Source of the DNA: an uncultured Phycisphaerales bacterium
GTDB taxonomy: Bacteria > Planctomycetota > Phycisphaerae > Phycisphaerales > SM1A02
Reading direction: 5' to 3'
NCBI GenBank assembly: GCA_938084645.1
Contig: CALKEP010000056.1
Coordinates: 1 to 64,000 of the forward strand
DNA: 64,000 nt
In this document: positions 8,830 to 18,699 of the stretch, in pieces
Position numbering within the stretch: position 1 is the stretch's first letter
How the letters are laid out: every line of letters starts with the position of its first letter
Translations under genes and position numbers: made by a program
The notes under the pieces: generated by a model
What the model was told of the DNA's origin: nothing
What the model saw: the letters and a program-made list of their open reading frames with translations, nothing else
Database searches by the model: none

Positions 8830-10722
8830 ATGAGAAGCATCATGCGTTTGACATCGAGAAGACAGGCTCAGATCGCGATCACGCTCGTCGATGCGATGGT
8901 GTTCACCGTCGCGTTCTGGATGGCGATCGTGATTCGCTACGGCGAGCTGGCGCCTCCGCCCCAGACGCAATGGTGTCTCTACGCGGCGCCGATCGTCGGC
9001 GTCCTGTGCCTGCTCCCGTTCCGCTTCTACCGGGAGGTCATCCGCTACGTCGGGGCGAACGCGGCGTATCGATGCGGCATGGGGGTCACGCTGACCACCC
9101 TCATCCTGCTTGCAGCGAGTTTCCTGCGAAGCGATCTCCCGGCGATCTCCCGGGTGGTGTTCCTGCCCTTCTGGATGGGGTCGGTCCTCGGTCTCGTCGG
9201 CGTCCGGCTCGTCGGACGCTCGCTGTTCCGCGAATTCGTGCTCGGTGGCGAGCCTGAATCGCGAAGGCACGTGCTCATCTACGGTGCGGGGCAGGCCGGG
9301 GTTGGGCTCGCCTCGATGCTGGCCGAGGACAGCGCCGTCGCGATCGAGTGCTTCGTCGACGATGATCGCCGCCTCACCGGCCGAGACGTCCGCGGCATCG
9401 AGGTCTTCCATCCCGACGATCTCGACGGTCTCCTCGAGCGACGCCCGATCGACACCGTGATGCTGGCGTTGCCGTCCGCCAGCCGACAACGTCGACGGAA
9501 GGTGATCGACGTCCTCCGAGGCCGTGGCGTCGAGATCCTGACCGTCCCGGATCTGCAGGAACTCGACTCGGGACACGCGAAGTTCACGGATCTGCGACCG
9601 ATCGACATCCAGGACCTGCTCGGACGAGAGTCCGTCACACCACACCAGCCACTACTCGTCGCCAAGATCCGTGGACGCGTGGTGATGGTCACGGGCGCCG
9701 GCGGATCGATCGGAACGGAACTCTGCCGACAGATCATCGAGATCGGCCCCGCAAGACTCATCCTCGTCGACAACTGTGAATTCAACCTCTTCCGGATCGA
9801 TGCGATGCTTGCGGAGAAGAATCCGCTCGGCGTCGCGGTCGTCCCGATCCTTGGAACGGTGTGCGACGGGCTCCTGATGCAGGAGACGATGGAGCGGTAC
9901 GACGTCGAGACGGTCTACCACGCCGCCGCGTACAAGCACGTCCCGATCGTCGAGCGGAATCCCGTGGTCGGCGTGCAGAACAACGTGATCGGAACGCTTC
10001 GACTCGCGGAGGCGGCGATTCGTTCGGGGGTCCAGGACTTCGTCTCGATCTCCACCGACAAGGCGGTGCGTCCGACCGGGGTGATGGGCGCGAGCAAGCG
10101 TCTCGCCGAGTTGATCCTGCAGGGTCTCCAGAGTCATTCCTCGAAGAACGACCAGACCCGTTTCTGCATGGTCCGCTTCGGCAATGTGCTCGGATCCTCG
10201 GGTTCCGCGGTCCCCAAGTTCTCCGAACAGATCCGGGCGGGCGGCCCGGTGACCGTCACGCATCCCGAAGTCACCCGGTACTTCATGACGGTCGATGAAG
10301 CGGCGAATCTCGTGATCCAGGCCGGCGCCCTCACCAAGGGTGGAGACGTCTTCGTCCTCGACATGGGCGAGCCCGTCAAGATTCTCGATCTCGCGACCCG
10401 CATGATCGACCTCGCCGGGGCCTCGGTCCGATCCGAGGCGACACCGGGCGGCCAGATCGAGATCACCTTCACCGGGCTCCAGCCCGGGGAGAAGCTCTAC
10501 GAAGAGCTCTTGATCGATGGTGATCTCGAGGGCACCGCCCATCCGAAGATCCTGCGCTCCGCGGAGGCCTTCGTCCCCTGGGATGATCTCGGCAAGATCC
10601 TGCAACGGCTCGAGGCCGCCATCGATCGACGCGACACGTCGACCGTGGTCCAGATCCTCCAGGAAACGGTCTCCGGGTATCGCGGTCCGACCGAGCCGTC
10701 GAGAACCAGGGACACCACCTGA
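8830..10722 (+). CDS. Membrane-bound UDP-GlcNAc 4,6-dehydratase (WlbL/WbpM/PglF/CapD-like)
   Basis: N-terminal TM helices, GAGGSIG, HAAAYKHVP, ISTDKAV, RFGNVLGSSGS, GEKLYEEL. Confidence 0.93.
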   Translation: MRSIMRLTSRRQAQIAITLVDAMVFTVAFWMAIVIRYGELAPPPQTQWCLYAAPIVGVLCLLPFRFYREVIRYVGANAAYRCGMGVTLTTLILLAASFLRSDLPAISRVVFLPFWMGSVLGLVGVRLVGRSLFREFVLGGEPESRRHVLIYGAGQAGVGLASMLAEDSAVAIECFVDDDRRLTGRDVRGIEVFHPDDLDGLLERRPIDTVMLALPSASRQRRRKVIDVLRGRGVEILTVPDLQELDSGHAKFTDLRPIDIQDLLGRESVTPHQPLLVAKIRGRVVMVTGAGGSIGTELCRQIIEIGPARLILVDNCEFNLFRIDAMLAEKNPLGVAVVPILGTVCDGLLMQETMERYDVETVYHAAAYKHVPIVERNPVVGVQNNVIGTLRLAEAAIRSGVQDFVSISTDKAVRPTGVMGASKRLAELILQGLQSHSSKNDQTRFCMVRFGNVLGSSGSAVPKFSEQIRAGGPVTVTHPEVTRYFMTVDEAANLVIQAGALTKGGDVFVLDMGEPVKILDLATRMIDLAGASVRSEATPGGQIEITFTGLQPGEKLYEELLIDGDLEGTAHPKILRSAEAFVPWDDLGKILQRLEAAIDRRDTSTVVQILQETVSGYRGPTEPSRTRDTT

Positions 10723-10760
10723 ACGGGCCGGAACGCCGAGGGACCGGTACCCTCTTCTGC

Positions 10761-11972
10761 ATGACCGTATGGCGACAGTCCGGGACCGTCTGGCTCGGCG
10801 CCGTCGCCGCGGCGGGGCTCGCGCTGCTCACCCAGATCCTGCTGGCGAGGAACCTCGACGACGAGACCTTCGGCGCGCTCTCGAACGCCTATGCCATCGC
10901 CATCCTCGTGGCGACCTTCGCCTTCCAGGGACTCGGCGAGGTCGCCCTCCGCAACCTCGCCGTGGTGGATCTCGGCCGGTGCGTCGTCGCCGCCGGGTTC
11001 CTACTCACCATCGCCCTGGCCGCCGGCATTGCCTGGACCGGTTGGACCGGCGAAGCGGGCTCGACCCCCGGCCTGCTGCTCGCGTTCATCCCGTTCGTCG
11101 TCGTGCAGGCGGGACTCACCGCAGGCATGATCTCGTTCCAGCTGGAACGCCGAAACCTCGGAATCGCCGCATGGCCCGCGGGATTCCAGACCGCTCGACT
11201 CGCCGTCGTGGGACTGGTGATCGTCACCGGTGCTGCGGCGGTCGCCGTTCCGATCGGGTGGTTCGTCGCCCTGACGCCGCTGGCCTGGATCGGACTCCGA
11301 CGACTTCACGCCGCAAAGCAACGTGCGGATCTCGAGGAGCAGGCGACTGCGATTCCAGGCCTCGTCCGCGCCGCCCTGCCCTTCTCGGCGACCCGCCTGC
11401 TTGAATTCGCGGAGATCCAGCTCCCGGTGGTGCTCGCGATGCCGCTGCTCGGCGCCGCGGAGACCGGCCGTATCGCCGCGTGCCTCGCGATCGTGACCGG
11501 ACTCCTTCTTCTTCCAATCTCGATCTTCCAACGCCTGCTGCGGGCCGGCTTCCATGACTGGGCACGGGATGATCCCGCCCAGCTTCGAAGGGCCGGCCTG
11601 CTCGGCGCCGCTGCGATGGCCGTCGCGGGGGCAGGACTCGGGCTCGCGATCCGACCATTCGCGTCGACCATCCTCGGATCGGTCTTCGGCGAACAGTTCA
11701 CGGATGCCACCGGATTCCTCGAGTCCATGATGGTGCTGCTGCCGATCTGGTTCGCCTCGATCGCGATCAACGCCACCCTCGTCTCGCCTCGCCTCGCCGA
11801 CCTTCGGTTCGGATGCCAGGCGGTCGGCGTTGCGATCCTCGTCGGCGGATCCTGGTTCGGCGGACCGGGCACCGATGGGATCGTGACGGGTATGTTCGCA
11901 TCCCAGATCTTCCTGCTGGGGTCGGGAATTCTGCTCGCCACGATTCGACGGCCATCCGCGAATCGAGATTGA
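10761..11972 (+). CDS. Wzx-like oligosaccharide flippase
   Basis: Polytopic hydrophobic protein; QILLARNL..ETFG N-terminal pattern; glycan locus context. Confidence 0.7.
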   Translation: MTVWRQSGTVWLGAVAAAGLALLTQILLARNLDDETFGALSNAYAIAILVATFAFQGLGEVALRNLAVVDLGRCVVAAGFLLTIALAAGIAWTGWTGEAGSTPGLLLAFIPFVVVQAGLTAGMISFQLERRNLGIAAWPAGFQTARLAVVGLVIVTGAAAVAVPIGWFVALTPLAWIGLRRLHAAKQRADLEEQATAIPGLVRAALPFSATRLLEFAEIQLPVVLAMPLLGAAETGRIAACLAIVTGLLLLPISIFQRLLRAGFHDWARDDPAQLRRAGLLGAAAMAVAGAGLGLAIRPFASTILGSVFGEQFTDATGFLESMMVLLPIWFASIAINATLVSPRLADLRFGCQAVGVAILVGGSWFGGPGTDGIVTGMFASQIFLLGSGILLATIRRPSANRD

Positions 11973-12000
11973 ACACCCACTGGAATCGGCGCAAAGAACC

Positions 12001-13893
12001 ATGTGCGGAATCGCAGGCTTCATCGATGGATCGGGACGCATCAGCGACATTGACGCGGTGATGGCCGACATGAGCGAGGCGATCCGACATCGAGGCCCGG
12101 ACGGTGAAGGCGCAACGTACGACGCGGATCGGCGGGTCGCGCTGGTCCACCGGCGACTCGCGATCCAGGACCCCAGCGACGCGGGGCGTCAGCCGATGTC
12201 TTCCGCGAGCGGGCGATTCGAGATTGTCTACAACGGCGAGATCTACGATTTTCTCGAGTGCCGACGGGATCTCGAGGTCGCGGGCAATCGATTCCGGACC
12301 GGCTGCGACACCGAAGTCCTGCTCGCGGCCTTCGAGGCCTGGGGCATCGAGGCGACGCTGCGACGGGTCGACGGCATGTTCGCCTTCGCGGTGCTCGATC
12401 GCGACGAGGAACGCGTCACGCTGGCCCGCGATCGCGCAGGCCAGAAACCGCTGCTTCTCGCGGTGGCCGGCGACGCGATCGCCTTCGCCAGCGATCTTCG
12501 GGCGCTCGAGCGGCTTCCCGAGCCGTTCGCATCGCGTCTCGACGGCATCGACGAGCACGCCTTGCGCTGGTACCTCGCAAACGGTGCGGTCCCCTGGCCG
12601 ATGTCGATCCGGCCGGGCGTCGAGCAGGTGCCGCCGGGCGGGCTGGTCGAGATCACGCTTCGGAACCTGCGGATCGATCGCCGCCGGTGGTGGACGCCAC
12701 CACGACCCCTCGATCCCGCAGGAGACGCGCCGATCGATCCGGCGGCGGACGACGGACAGGTCCTCGACGTGATCCGAGAGAGCGTTCATCGACGATGCCG
12801 AGCGGATCGCGCCGTCGGCGTGTTCCTTTCGGCGGGTCTCGATTCCCGCCTCGTCGCAGCCCTCGCCGCCGAAGCCCGCCCGGGACTGCCGGCCTTCACC
12901 CTGAGCATGCCCGGGCCGTTCGACGAATCGGCCGAAGCCGCCGAGATCGCGGCCGGACTCGGGCTCGAACACCATTCCATCCGACCGACCGACGAGGAGA
13001 TCACCTCGACCGCGGAGTCGCTGCATGCCGTGGCGGACGAGCCGTTCGCCGACTCCTCGCTCCTCGCCACGGTCCTGCTCGCCCGGGCCACCGCCCCGAG
13101 GATCGCCGTCGCGTTGTCGGGCGACGGCGGCGACGAACTCTTCGGTGGATATCGAAGACACGCGATGGCCGCGAACTGGGGGCGGCGGGAACGGTTGCTC
13201 CGAACGGCCGCTTTGGTCGCGGAGCGCCTCCCCGAATCCATGATCGGATGGATCGGACGGATCAGACTCGGCCGGGGGACCGTGCTCGATGCGTTACTGA
13301 AGGTGGAGGCGGTGCCTCGAGGGCTCGCCGGCTATCTCGATCTCCGGGAACGACAGGGTGACGCCTCCCATCTGTTCGACCGAAGCGTGATCGACATCCG
13401 GGACCGGGTGCCCAAGAATCCATGGGACGGTCTCTTCCCGGACTGGAACGGCGTTCGCAGCATGATGGCGGCGGACTTCCGGACCTATCTCCCCGACGAT
13501 CCGCTCGTCAAGATCGACCGAGGGACGATGCATCACGGCCTCGAGTGTCGCTCACCCTTCCTCGGTCGCGAGGTCATCGAGACCGCGAACACGCTCCCCA
13601 CCGCGAGCCTCTTCGACGGCACCGGAGGACGTCGGCCGATCCGCGCCGCACTCCGAAGCCTGGGCTTGTCCGACTCGGGACGAAAACGAGGGTTCGCGGT
13701 TCCGCTCCACGACTGGCTCCGAGGCCCGCTCCGACCCTGGGCGGAGTCGCTGCTGGCGCAGGATGCGGATGACCCGCTCGATCAGGCGACCATCCGGCGG
13801 AACTGGCTCGAACTCATCGGCGGCCGCCGTGACCTTGCGACGCGCATGTGGACGGTGATCACCTGGCGCGCATGGCTCGACGCACGTTCCTGA
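12001..13893 (+). CDS. asnB: Asparagine synthase (glutamine-hydrolysing)-like amidotransferase
   Basis: MCGIAG Ntn cysteine, HRGPD, YNGEIY, LSAGLDS, SGDGGDELFGGY. Confidence 0.9.
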   Translation: MCGIAGFIDGSGRISDIDAVMADMSEAIRHRGPDGEGATYDADRRVALVHRRLAIQDPSDAGRQPMSSASGRFEIVYNGEIYDFLECRRDLEVAGNRFRTGCDTEVLLAAFEAWGIEATLRRVDGMFAFAVLDRDEERVTLARDRAGQKPLLLAVAGDAIAFASDLRALERLPEPFASRLDGIDEHALRWYLANGAVPWPMSIRPGVEQVPPGGLVEITLRNLRIDRRRWWTPPRPLDPAGDAPIDPAADDGQVLDVIRESVHRRCRADRAVGVFLSAGLDSRLVAALAAEARPGLPAFTLSMPGPFDESAEAAEIAAGLGLEHHSIRPTDEEITSTAESLHAVADEPFADSSLLATVLLARATAPRIAVALSGDGGDELFGGYRRHAMAANWGRRERLLRTAALVAERLPESMIGWIGRIRLGRGTVLDALLKVEAVPRGLAGYLDLRERQGDASHLFDRSVIDIRDRVPKNPWDGLFPDWNGVRSMMAADFRTYLPDDPLVKIDRGTMHHGLECRSPFLGREVIETANTLPTASLFDGTGGRRPIRAALRSLGLSDSGRKRGFAVPLHDWLRGPLRPWAESLLAQDADDPLDQATIRRNWLELIGGRRDLATRMWTVITWRAWLDARS

Positions 13894-13962
13894 GACGACA
13901 CGATCGATCTTCATGCCTGATGGCCGGGCACGTCGGTGGACGGCAGTCAATACACTCGCATC

Positions 13963-15279
13963 ATGGCCGCCTGGACGCTTGACGAGCTCGCACGCAGGGA
14001 TCGCTTCGGGGATCGGATCCACTTCTGGTTGGCCGCCGCGGTCTGCTTCATGCTGCCGGTGAACGGCGGCTGGGCGGGCTTCCTGCTGGGCCCGCTCGTC
14101 GCCTGGGGGGCGCTCCGCACCCTGTGCTGGCGTCGATACCTGCCAGCGGGACCAGCCTGCGTCCTGCTCCCCGCAACCGCGTGGATCGGGCTGCTCGCCA
14201 TCAGTCTCACCTGGTCGCCCGATCCACGACAGGAGTGGCATCAGCTCTGGTCACAACGCTGGATCGTCGCCATCCCCCTGCTCTGGCCATTGATGGACCG
14301 GTGGCGGTGGCTGCTGCTCTTCACGCTCGCCGGGTGCCTCGGGCAAACGACGGTGCAAACGGTCGAGGGGATCATGGAGTGGTCCAATCCCCAAGGCAGG
14401 AGGATCTCCGGATTCGAGACCCATCCGCGAACCGTGGCCGTCTGGTCGGCCGGCGTGATCGTGGGCTTGGTCGGCTTCCATCTGAGCGGCTTTCTCCATC
14501 GAAGGCGATGGCTGCTCGGCTGCATTCCACCCCTGCTCGCGATCGTCCTCAGCGGCTCCCGTGGTGCGCTGTTCGCGCTCGCGATCGGCCTCCCGGTCGT
14601 GGTCGGGGTGCTCGGCGTTCGAAGACTTCTGACCGCTCGAGGCTTGGCCTCGATGGTGGCAGCGATCCTGGTGGCCGGCACGAGTCTCGTGGTCTTCCAC
14701 GATCGGATCATGCCGCAGTTCGAGCGTGCGGTGGAATCCGTGACCTCGATCACGACCGACGGTCAGGCCACCGACATCCGGCTGCTCTGGTGGCGATCCG
14801 CATTGAGGCAATGGGACAATCACCCCCTGCTCGGGTACGGACTCGGCGGCACCGCCGAAGCCCTCCGATCCGACCCCGAGCTCACCGCCGACCAGCGGGT
14901 CTCGAAGAGCCACCTCTCCGTCGCCGTCTTCAATCAGCCCCACTCCGTCTACCTTCAGATCCTCCTGGAAGGCGGACTCGTCGGCGTCGGTACCTTCGCT
15001 CTCCTGCTCTTCGCGATCTTCCGTGTCGCGTGGCGGAACAGTCTGCATCACCCGCTGGGGGCGATCGCGATCGGAGGCCTCGTGATCTGGATGACCACCG
15101 CGACCTTCGACGCCTGGCACACCAGATCGCAGCCACTGGCGTTCCTGTGGTTCACGGCGCTCTTCGCAGCCTTCGATCCCGGATGGCTCACCCGGGATTC
15201 GAAGAAAAACGCCGCTGAAGATGAACGCCCGGACCAGACCTCGGCGTTGTCCAAGTCCACGCCCACAGACGGCCGATGA
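13963..15279 (+). CDS. O-antigen ligase family (Wzy_C) membrane protein
   Basis: Multiple TM segments, SGSRGA, HPLLGYGLG, QPHSVYLQILLEGGLVG. Confidence 0.85.
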   Translation: MAAWTLDELARRDRFGDRIHFWLAAAVCFMLPVNGGWAGFLLGPLVAWGALRTLCWRRYLPAGPACVLLPATAWIGLLAISLTWSPDPRQEWHQLWSQRWIVAIPLLWPLMDRWRWLLLFTLAGCLGQTTVQTVEGIMEWSNPQGRRISGFETHPRTVAVWSAGVIVGLVGFHLSGFLHRRRWLLGCIPPLLAIVLSGSRGALFALAIGLPVVVGVLGVRRLLTARGLASMVAAILVAGTSLVVFHDRIMPQFERAVESVTSITTDGQATDIRLLWWRSALRQWDNHPLLGYGLGGTAEALRSDPELTADQRVSKSHLSVAVFNQPHSVYLQILLEGGLVGVGTFALLLFAIFRVAWRNSLHHPLGAIAIGGLVIWMTTATFDAWHTRSQPLAFLWFTALFAAFDPGWLTRDSKKNAAEDERPDQTSALSKSTPTDGR

Positions 15280-15294
15280 CGTGCATGGCAGCGC

Positions 15295-16809
15295 ATGAAG
15301 AACCTCGATCCCATCATCGTTCGCACGGCCGATACGATCCGGACCTCCCTGGAACGGCTCGACCGAGCGGGACGGACCATCCTCCTGCTGGTGGACGATG
15401 ACGACCGACTCGCCCGAACCGTCACCGATGGTGATCTTCGACGGCTGCTCCTCGCGAATCGGGACCTCGAGTCGACCCTCGCGCAACTGGGCGTTCAACC
15501 CCCGCGAACGGTTCCCCAGGGGGCGCCAGCGGACCTGATCCTGCGGTCGATGAATCTTCATCAGGTCGATCAGATTCCGGAGATCGACGAGGCCGGACGC
15601 CCGATCGGCCTCCACCTCCGCCGGGAACTGGACCAACCGGTGCTGCTGTCGCCACCACACCTCGCGGAGGAGGAACGCAACTTCGTCGAACAGGCGTTCG
15701 CGACCAACTGGATCGCCCCGGTCGGACCGAACATCGACGCCTTCGAAAGTGAGATCGCCGCGACGGTCGGGATGCGTTCGGCGGCCGCCCTCTCGAGTGG
15801 TACGGCCGCGATCCACCTTGGGCTGAAGCTCCTCGGCGTCGAACCCGGCGATCGCGTGTTCTGCTCCGCCCTGACCTTCGTCGCGACCGTGAATCCGATC
15901 CGCTACCTCGATGCCGAGCCGGTGTTCATCGACTCCGAACCGAACACCTGGAACATGTCGCCCGCCGCGCTGGGGAGAGCGCTCGAGGCCGCCGACCGGG
16001 CTGGAAGACTGCCGAGAGTGGTCGTACCGGTCGGACTCTACGGCCAGAGCCCGGACATGGAGCCGATTCTGGAACTCTGCGATCGCTACGAAATCCCCGT
16101 GCTCGAGGATGCGGCGGAGAGCCTGGGCGCAACCTATCGAGGCCGAGCCGCCGGCACCTTCGGACGCCTCGGGATCTACTCCTTCAACGGCAACAAGATC
16201 ATCACGACCTCCGGTGGCGGCATGCTCGTCGGCGACGACGAATCCCTGCTTGAACGGGCCCGATTCCTCGCGACTCAGGCGCGAACGCCCGCTGGTCACT
16301 ACGAACATGAGGAAGTCGGCTTCAACTACCGGATGAGCAACATCCTCGCCGGGATCGGTCGCGGTCAACTCCAGGTGCTTGGCGAGCGGGTCGAACAGCG
16401 ACGCAACGTCTTCGACCGATATCGATCCGAGCTGGAGGATCTCGAAGCCATCCGGTGGATGCCGGAGCCCGCCGGCCACCGATCGACCCGATGGCTCACC
16501 GCAGCCACCCTCGACCTGACTCGCACCGACCACGATCTCCCCTCGTTGGTCGCCTCCCTCGCCGACGCGGGAATCGAGGCGCGTCGGATCTGGAAGCCGA
16601 TGCATCGTCAGCCGGTGTTCGGAGGCCACGGATACTGGCCCCATCATCCGAGGGAGTCCGTCTCCGACCGACTGTTCGATCGCGGGCTGTGCCTTCCCAG
16701 CGGCTCGGGCATGACGCAGCAGCAGCAGGATCGGGTGATCCGACGACTTCGCGAGCGATTGGCCCCACCGAGCCGGACCTGGCGGAGCTCGACGCTCTCG
16801 CTGGGCTGA
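15295..16809 (+). CDS. DegT-family aminotransferase (PglE/EpsN-like) fused to an N-terminal CBS pair
   Basis: TVTDGDLRR CBS motif; LSPPH, SSGTAAIHL, SFNGNKIITTSGGG, NYRMSN. Confidence 0.88.
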   Translation: MKNLDPIIVRTADTIRTSLERLDRAGRTILLLVDDDDRLARTVTDGDLRRLLLANRDLESTLAQLGVQPPRTVPQGAPADLILRSMNLHQVDQIPEIDEAGRPIGLHLRRELDQPVLLSPPHLAEEERNFVEQAFATNWIAPVGPNIDAFESEIAATVGMRSAAALSSGTAAIHLGLKLLGVEPGDRVFCSALTFVATVNPIRYLDAEPVFIDSEPNTWNMSPAALGRALEAADRAGRLPRVVVPVGLYGQSPDMEPILELCDRYEIPVLEDAAESLGATYRGRAAGTFGRLGIYSFNGNKIITTSGGGMLVGDDESLLERARFLATQARTPAGHYEHEEVGFNYRMSNILAGIGRGQLQVLGERVEQRRNVFDRYRSELEDLEAIRWMPEPAGHRSTRWLTAATLDLTRTDHDLPSLVASLADAGIEARRIWKPMHRQPVFGGHGYWPHHPRESVSDRLFDRGLCLPSGSGMTQQQQDRVIRRLRERLAPPSRTWRSSTLSLG

Positions 16810-16874
16810 TCGAGATCGTTCCAGACGGCAAAAAAACCACCGAGCGTGCGGTCAATCGCCGATGACACCAGACC

Positions 16875-18686
16875 ATGCTGGTCGTCATCGCGATTCTGCT
16901 GCTCCTGGTCATCGCGGTCATCTTCACTCGCGCCCCGCTCGACGTGACGATGGTCGGATGCCTCCTGCTCCTCGTCCTCACGGGCCAGGTGAGCGCGGAA
17001 ACGGCCTTTCTCGGATTCTCGAACACGGCGGTGTTGATGATCGGCGCGCTCTTCGTGGTCGCCTCCGGACTTCGGCAGACCGGTGCGATCGATCGAATCG
17101 CGCCCATGCTGATCGGACGCCCCATGAGCGTCAGGGCCGTGATCGGTCGGATGGGCCTTCCCGTGACCGCCCTCTCGGGATTCATGAACACGACACCCCT
17201 CGTCGCGATGTTCCTCCCGGTCTCCCTGGATCTCTCGCGTCGCTTGAAGATTTCACCGAGTCGCGTGCTGATGCCACTCAGTTTCGCCGGGATTCTCGGT
17301 GGACAGCTGACCCTGATCGGCACGGCGTCGAACATCGTGGTGGATGGTCTCTACAGCGAACAACTCGCGATCTGGGCGACGGCGGGAATGGAGATCAACG
17401 CGGCATGGATCCTCGAGGGACCGGCCCGATTCCTCGCCGTCGGCGTCTCCGGCGTCGTAGCCGCGATCCTCGGCCTCGTGTTCCTGATCTTCGCCGGACC
17501 ATGGATCCTTCCCGATCGCGGCGTGGATACGTCGAACGAGGACACTCGACGCTACGAGGTTCGATTCAAGGTTGAAACCGACGGCCCCGTTGCCGGACGA
17601 ACCATCGAACAGGCGGGACTGAGACACCTTCCGGATCTCTTCCTCGTCGCGGTCGAACGCTCGAACCAGCGGCTTGCGGCGATCGGTCCCGACGAATCCC
17701 TGCAACCCGGGGACACCCTCTGTTTCGTCGGATCGACGTCCGGCGTCGGTGGCCTTCGGAGCATCGCCGGAATCGAGGTGGAGGATGCCCAGGCCACCAA
17801 GGTCGACGCTCCGACGCCGATCAGAACGCTGGTCGAGGCGGTGGTCTCGCCCACCGCGTCGTTCGTGGGTCGAACCGTGCGGGAGAGCCAGTTCCGCACG
17901 ATCTACAACGCCGCGATCCTCGCCGTTCATCGTCGTGGAACTCGAATCGGCGGGCGGATCGGGGACATCAAGATCGAAGCCGGCGACGTGCTCCTGCTGG
18001 AAACACACCAGGGATTCCTGAGTTCGCATGGCCGCGGCAACGCCTTCTATCTCGCGACGTCGGTGGAGAACGCACGCTTTCCTCGACACGATCGAGCCCC
18101 ACTGGCCATCGTCATCCTGCTCGGAATGATCGCCAGCCTCACGACCGGGCTGCTCTCGCCGGTCGTCGCCACCTGGCTCGCGGCCCTCGCCATGGTCGGA
18201 ACGCGTTGCGTGAACGCCTCGATGGCCAGGAAAGCCATCGACTTCTCGGTACTGATCACCATCGGCGCCGCGATCGGCATCGGCGCGGCGGTCGCCGAAA
18301 GCGGCCTCGGTGCCGCGATCGGGGGTGGGCTCGTTGACGGAGCGAACCTGGTCGGAGGCGGAGATCGACTGCTTCTCGCCACAGTGGTGATTGCCGCGGC
18401 CCTGATCGCCCAGTTCGCGACGAACTTCGGTTCGGCGGTGATCATGTTCCCGGTCGCGATCTCGACGGCACTCGCGACAGGGGCGAGTCCGCTTCCGTTC
18501 GTACTCGGCGTCATGGCGGGCGCAGGCAGCAACTTCCTCACCCCGTTCGGCTACCAGACCAACCTCATGATCTACGGCCCGGGCCGGTATCGATTCCTGG
18601 ATTTCCCAAGACTCGGCCTTCCACTCCTTCTGATCGTGATCGCGTCCGCGACGATCATGATTCCGGTGGTGTTCCCGTTCCGTTGA
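16875..18686 (+). CDS. SLC13/DASS family permease with TrkA-C domains (possible sulfate transporter)
   Basis: SGFMNTTP, TLIGTASN, two soluble TrkA-C-like repeats, TPFGYQTNLMIYGPG; adjacent to cys genes. Confidence 0.88.
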   Translation: MLVVIAILLLLVIAVIFTRAPLDVTMVGCLLLLVLTGQVSAETAFLGFSNTAVLMIGALFVVASGLRQTGAIDRIAPMLIGRPMSVRAVIGRMGLPVTALSGFMNTTPLVAMFLPVSLDLSRRLKISPSRVLMPLSFAGILGGQLTLIGTASNIVVDGLYSEQLAIWATAGMEINAAWILEGPARFLAVGVSGVVAAILGLVFLIFAGPWILPDRGVDTSNEDTRRYEVRFKVETDGPVAGRTIEQAGLRHLPDLFLVAVERSNQRLAAIGPDESLQPGDTLCFVGSTSGVGGLRSIAGIEVEDAQATKVDAPTPIRTLVEAVVSPTASFVGRTVRESQFRTIYNAAILAVHRRGTRIGGRIGDIKIEAGDVLLLETHQGFLSSHGRGNAFYLATSVENARFPRHDRAPLAIVILLGMIASLTTGLLSPVVATWLAALAMVGTRCVNASMARKAIDFSVLITIGAAIGIGAAVAESGLGAAIGGGLVDGANLVGGGDRLLLATVVIAAALIAQFATNFGSAVIMFPVAISTALATGASPLPFVLGVMAGAGSNFLTPFGYQTNLMIYGPGRYRFLDFPRLGLPLLLIVIASATIMIPVVFPFR

Positions 18687-18699
18687 TTCCGGGATTCGT

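Noticed and set aside
6862..9645. 927-aa minus-strand ORF, and similar long antisense ORFs such as 14251-16647, 26398-28833, 32587-34749, 51094-53355 and 53746-55938
   Set aside because: Shadow frames opposite well-supported genes; expected from high GC3 codon bias; no recognisable motifs.
16830..16836. A7 run as a phase-variation site or terminator tail
   Set aside because: Short, intergenic, and without a convincing adjacent stem.
16862..16877. Possible frameshift at the SLC13 start (ATG 16862 MTPD out of frame with ATG 16875)
   Set aside because: The gene is complete from 16875 and the difference is only a few residues; cannot be separated from chance without reads.
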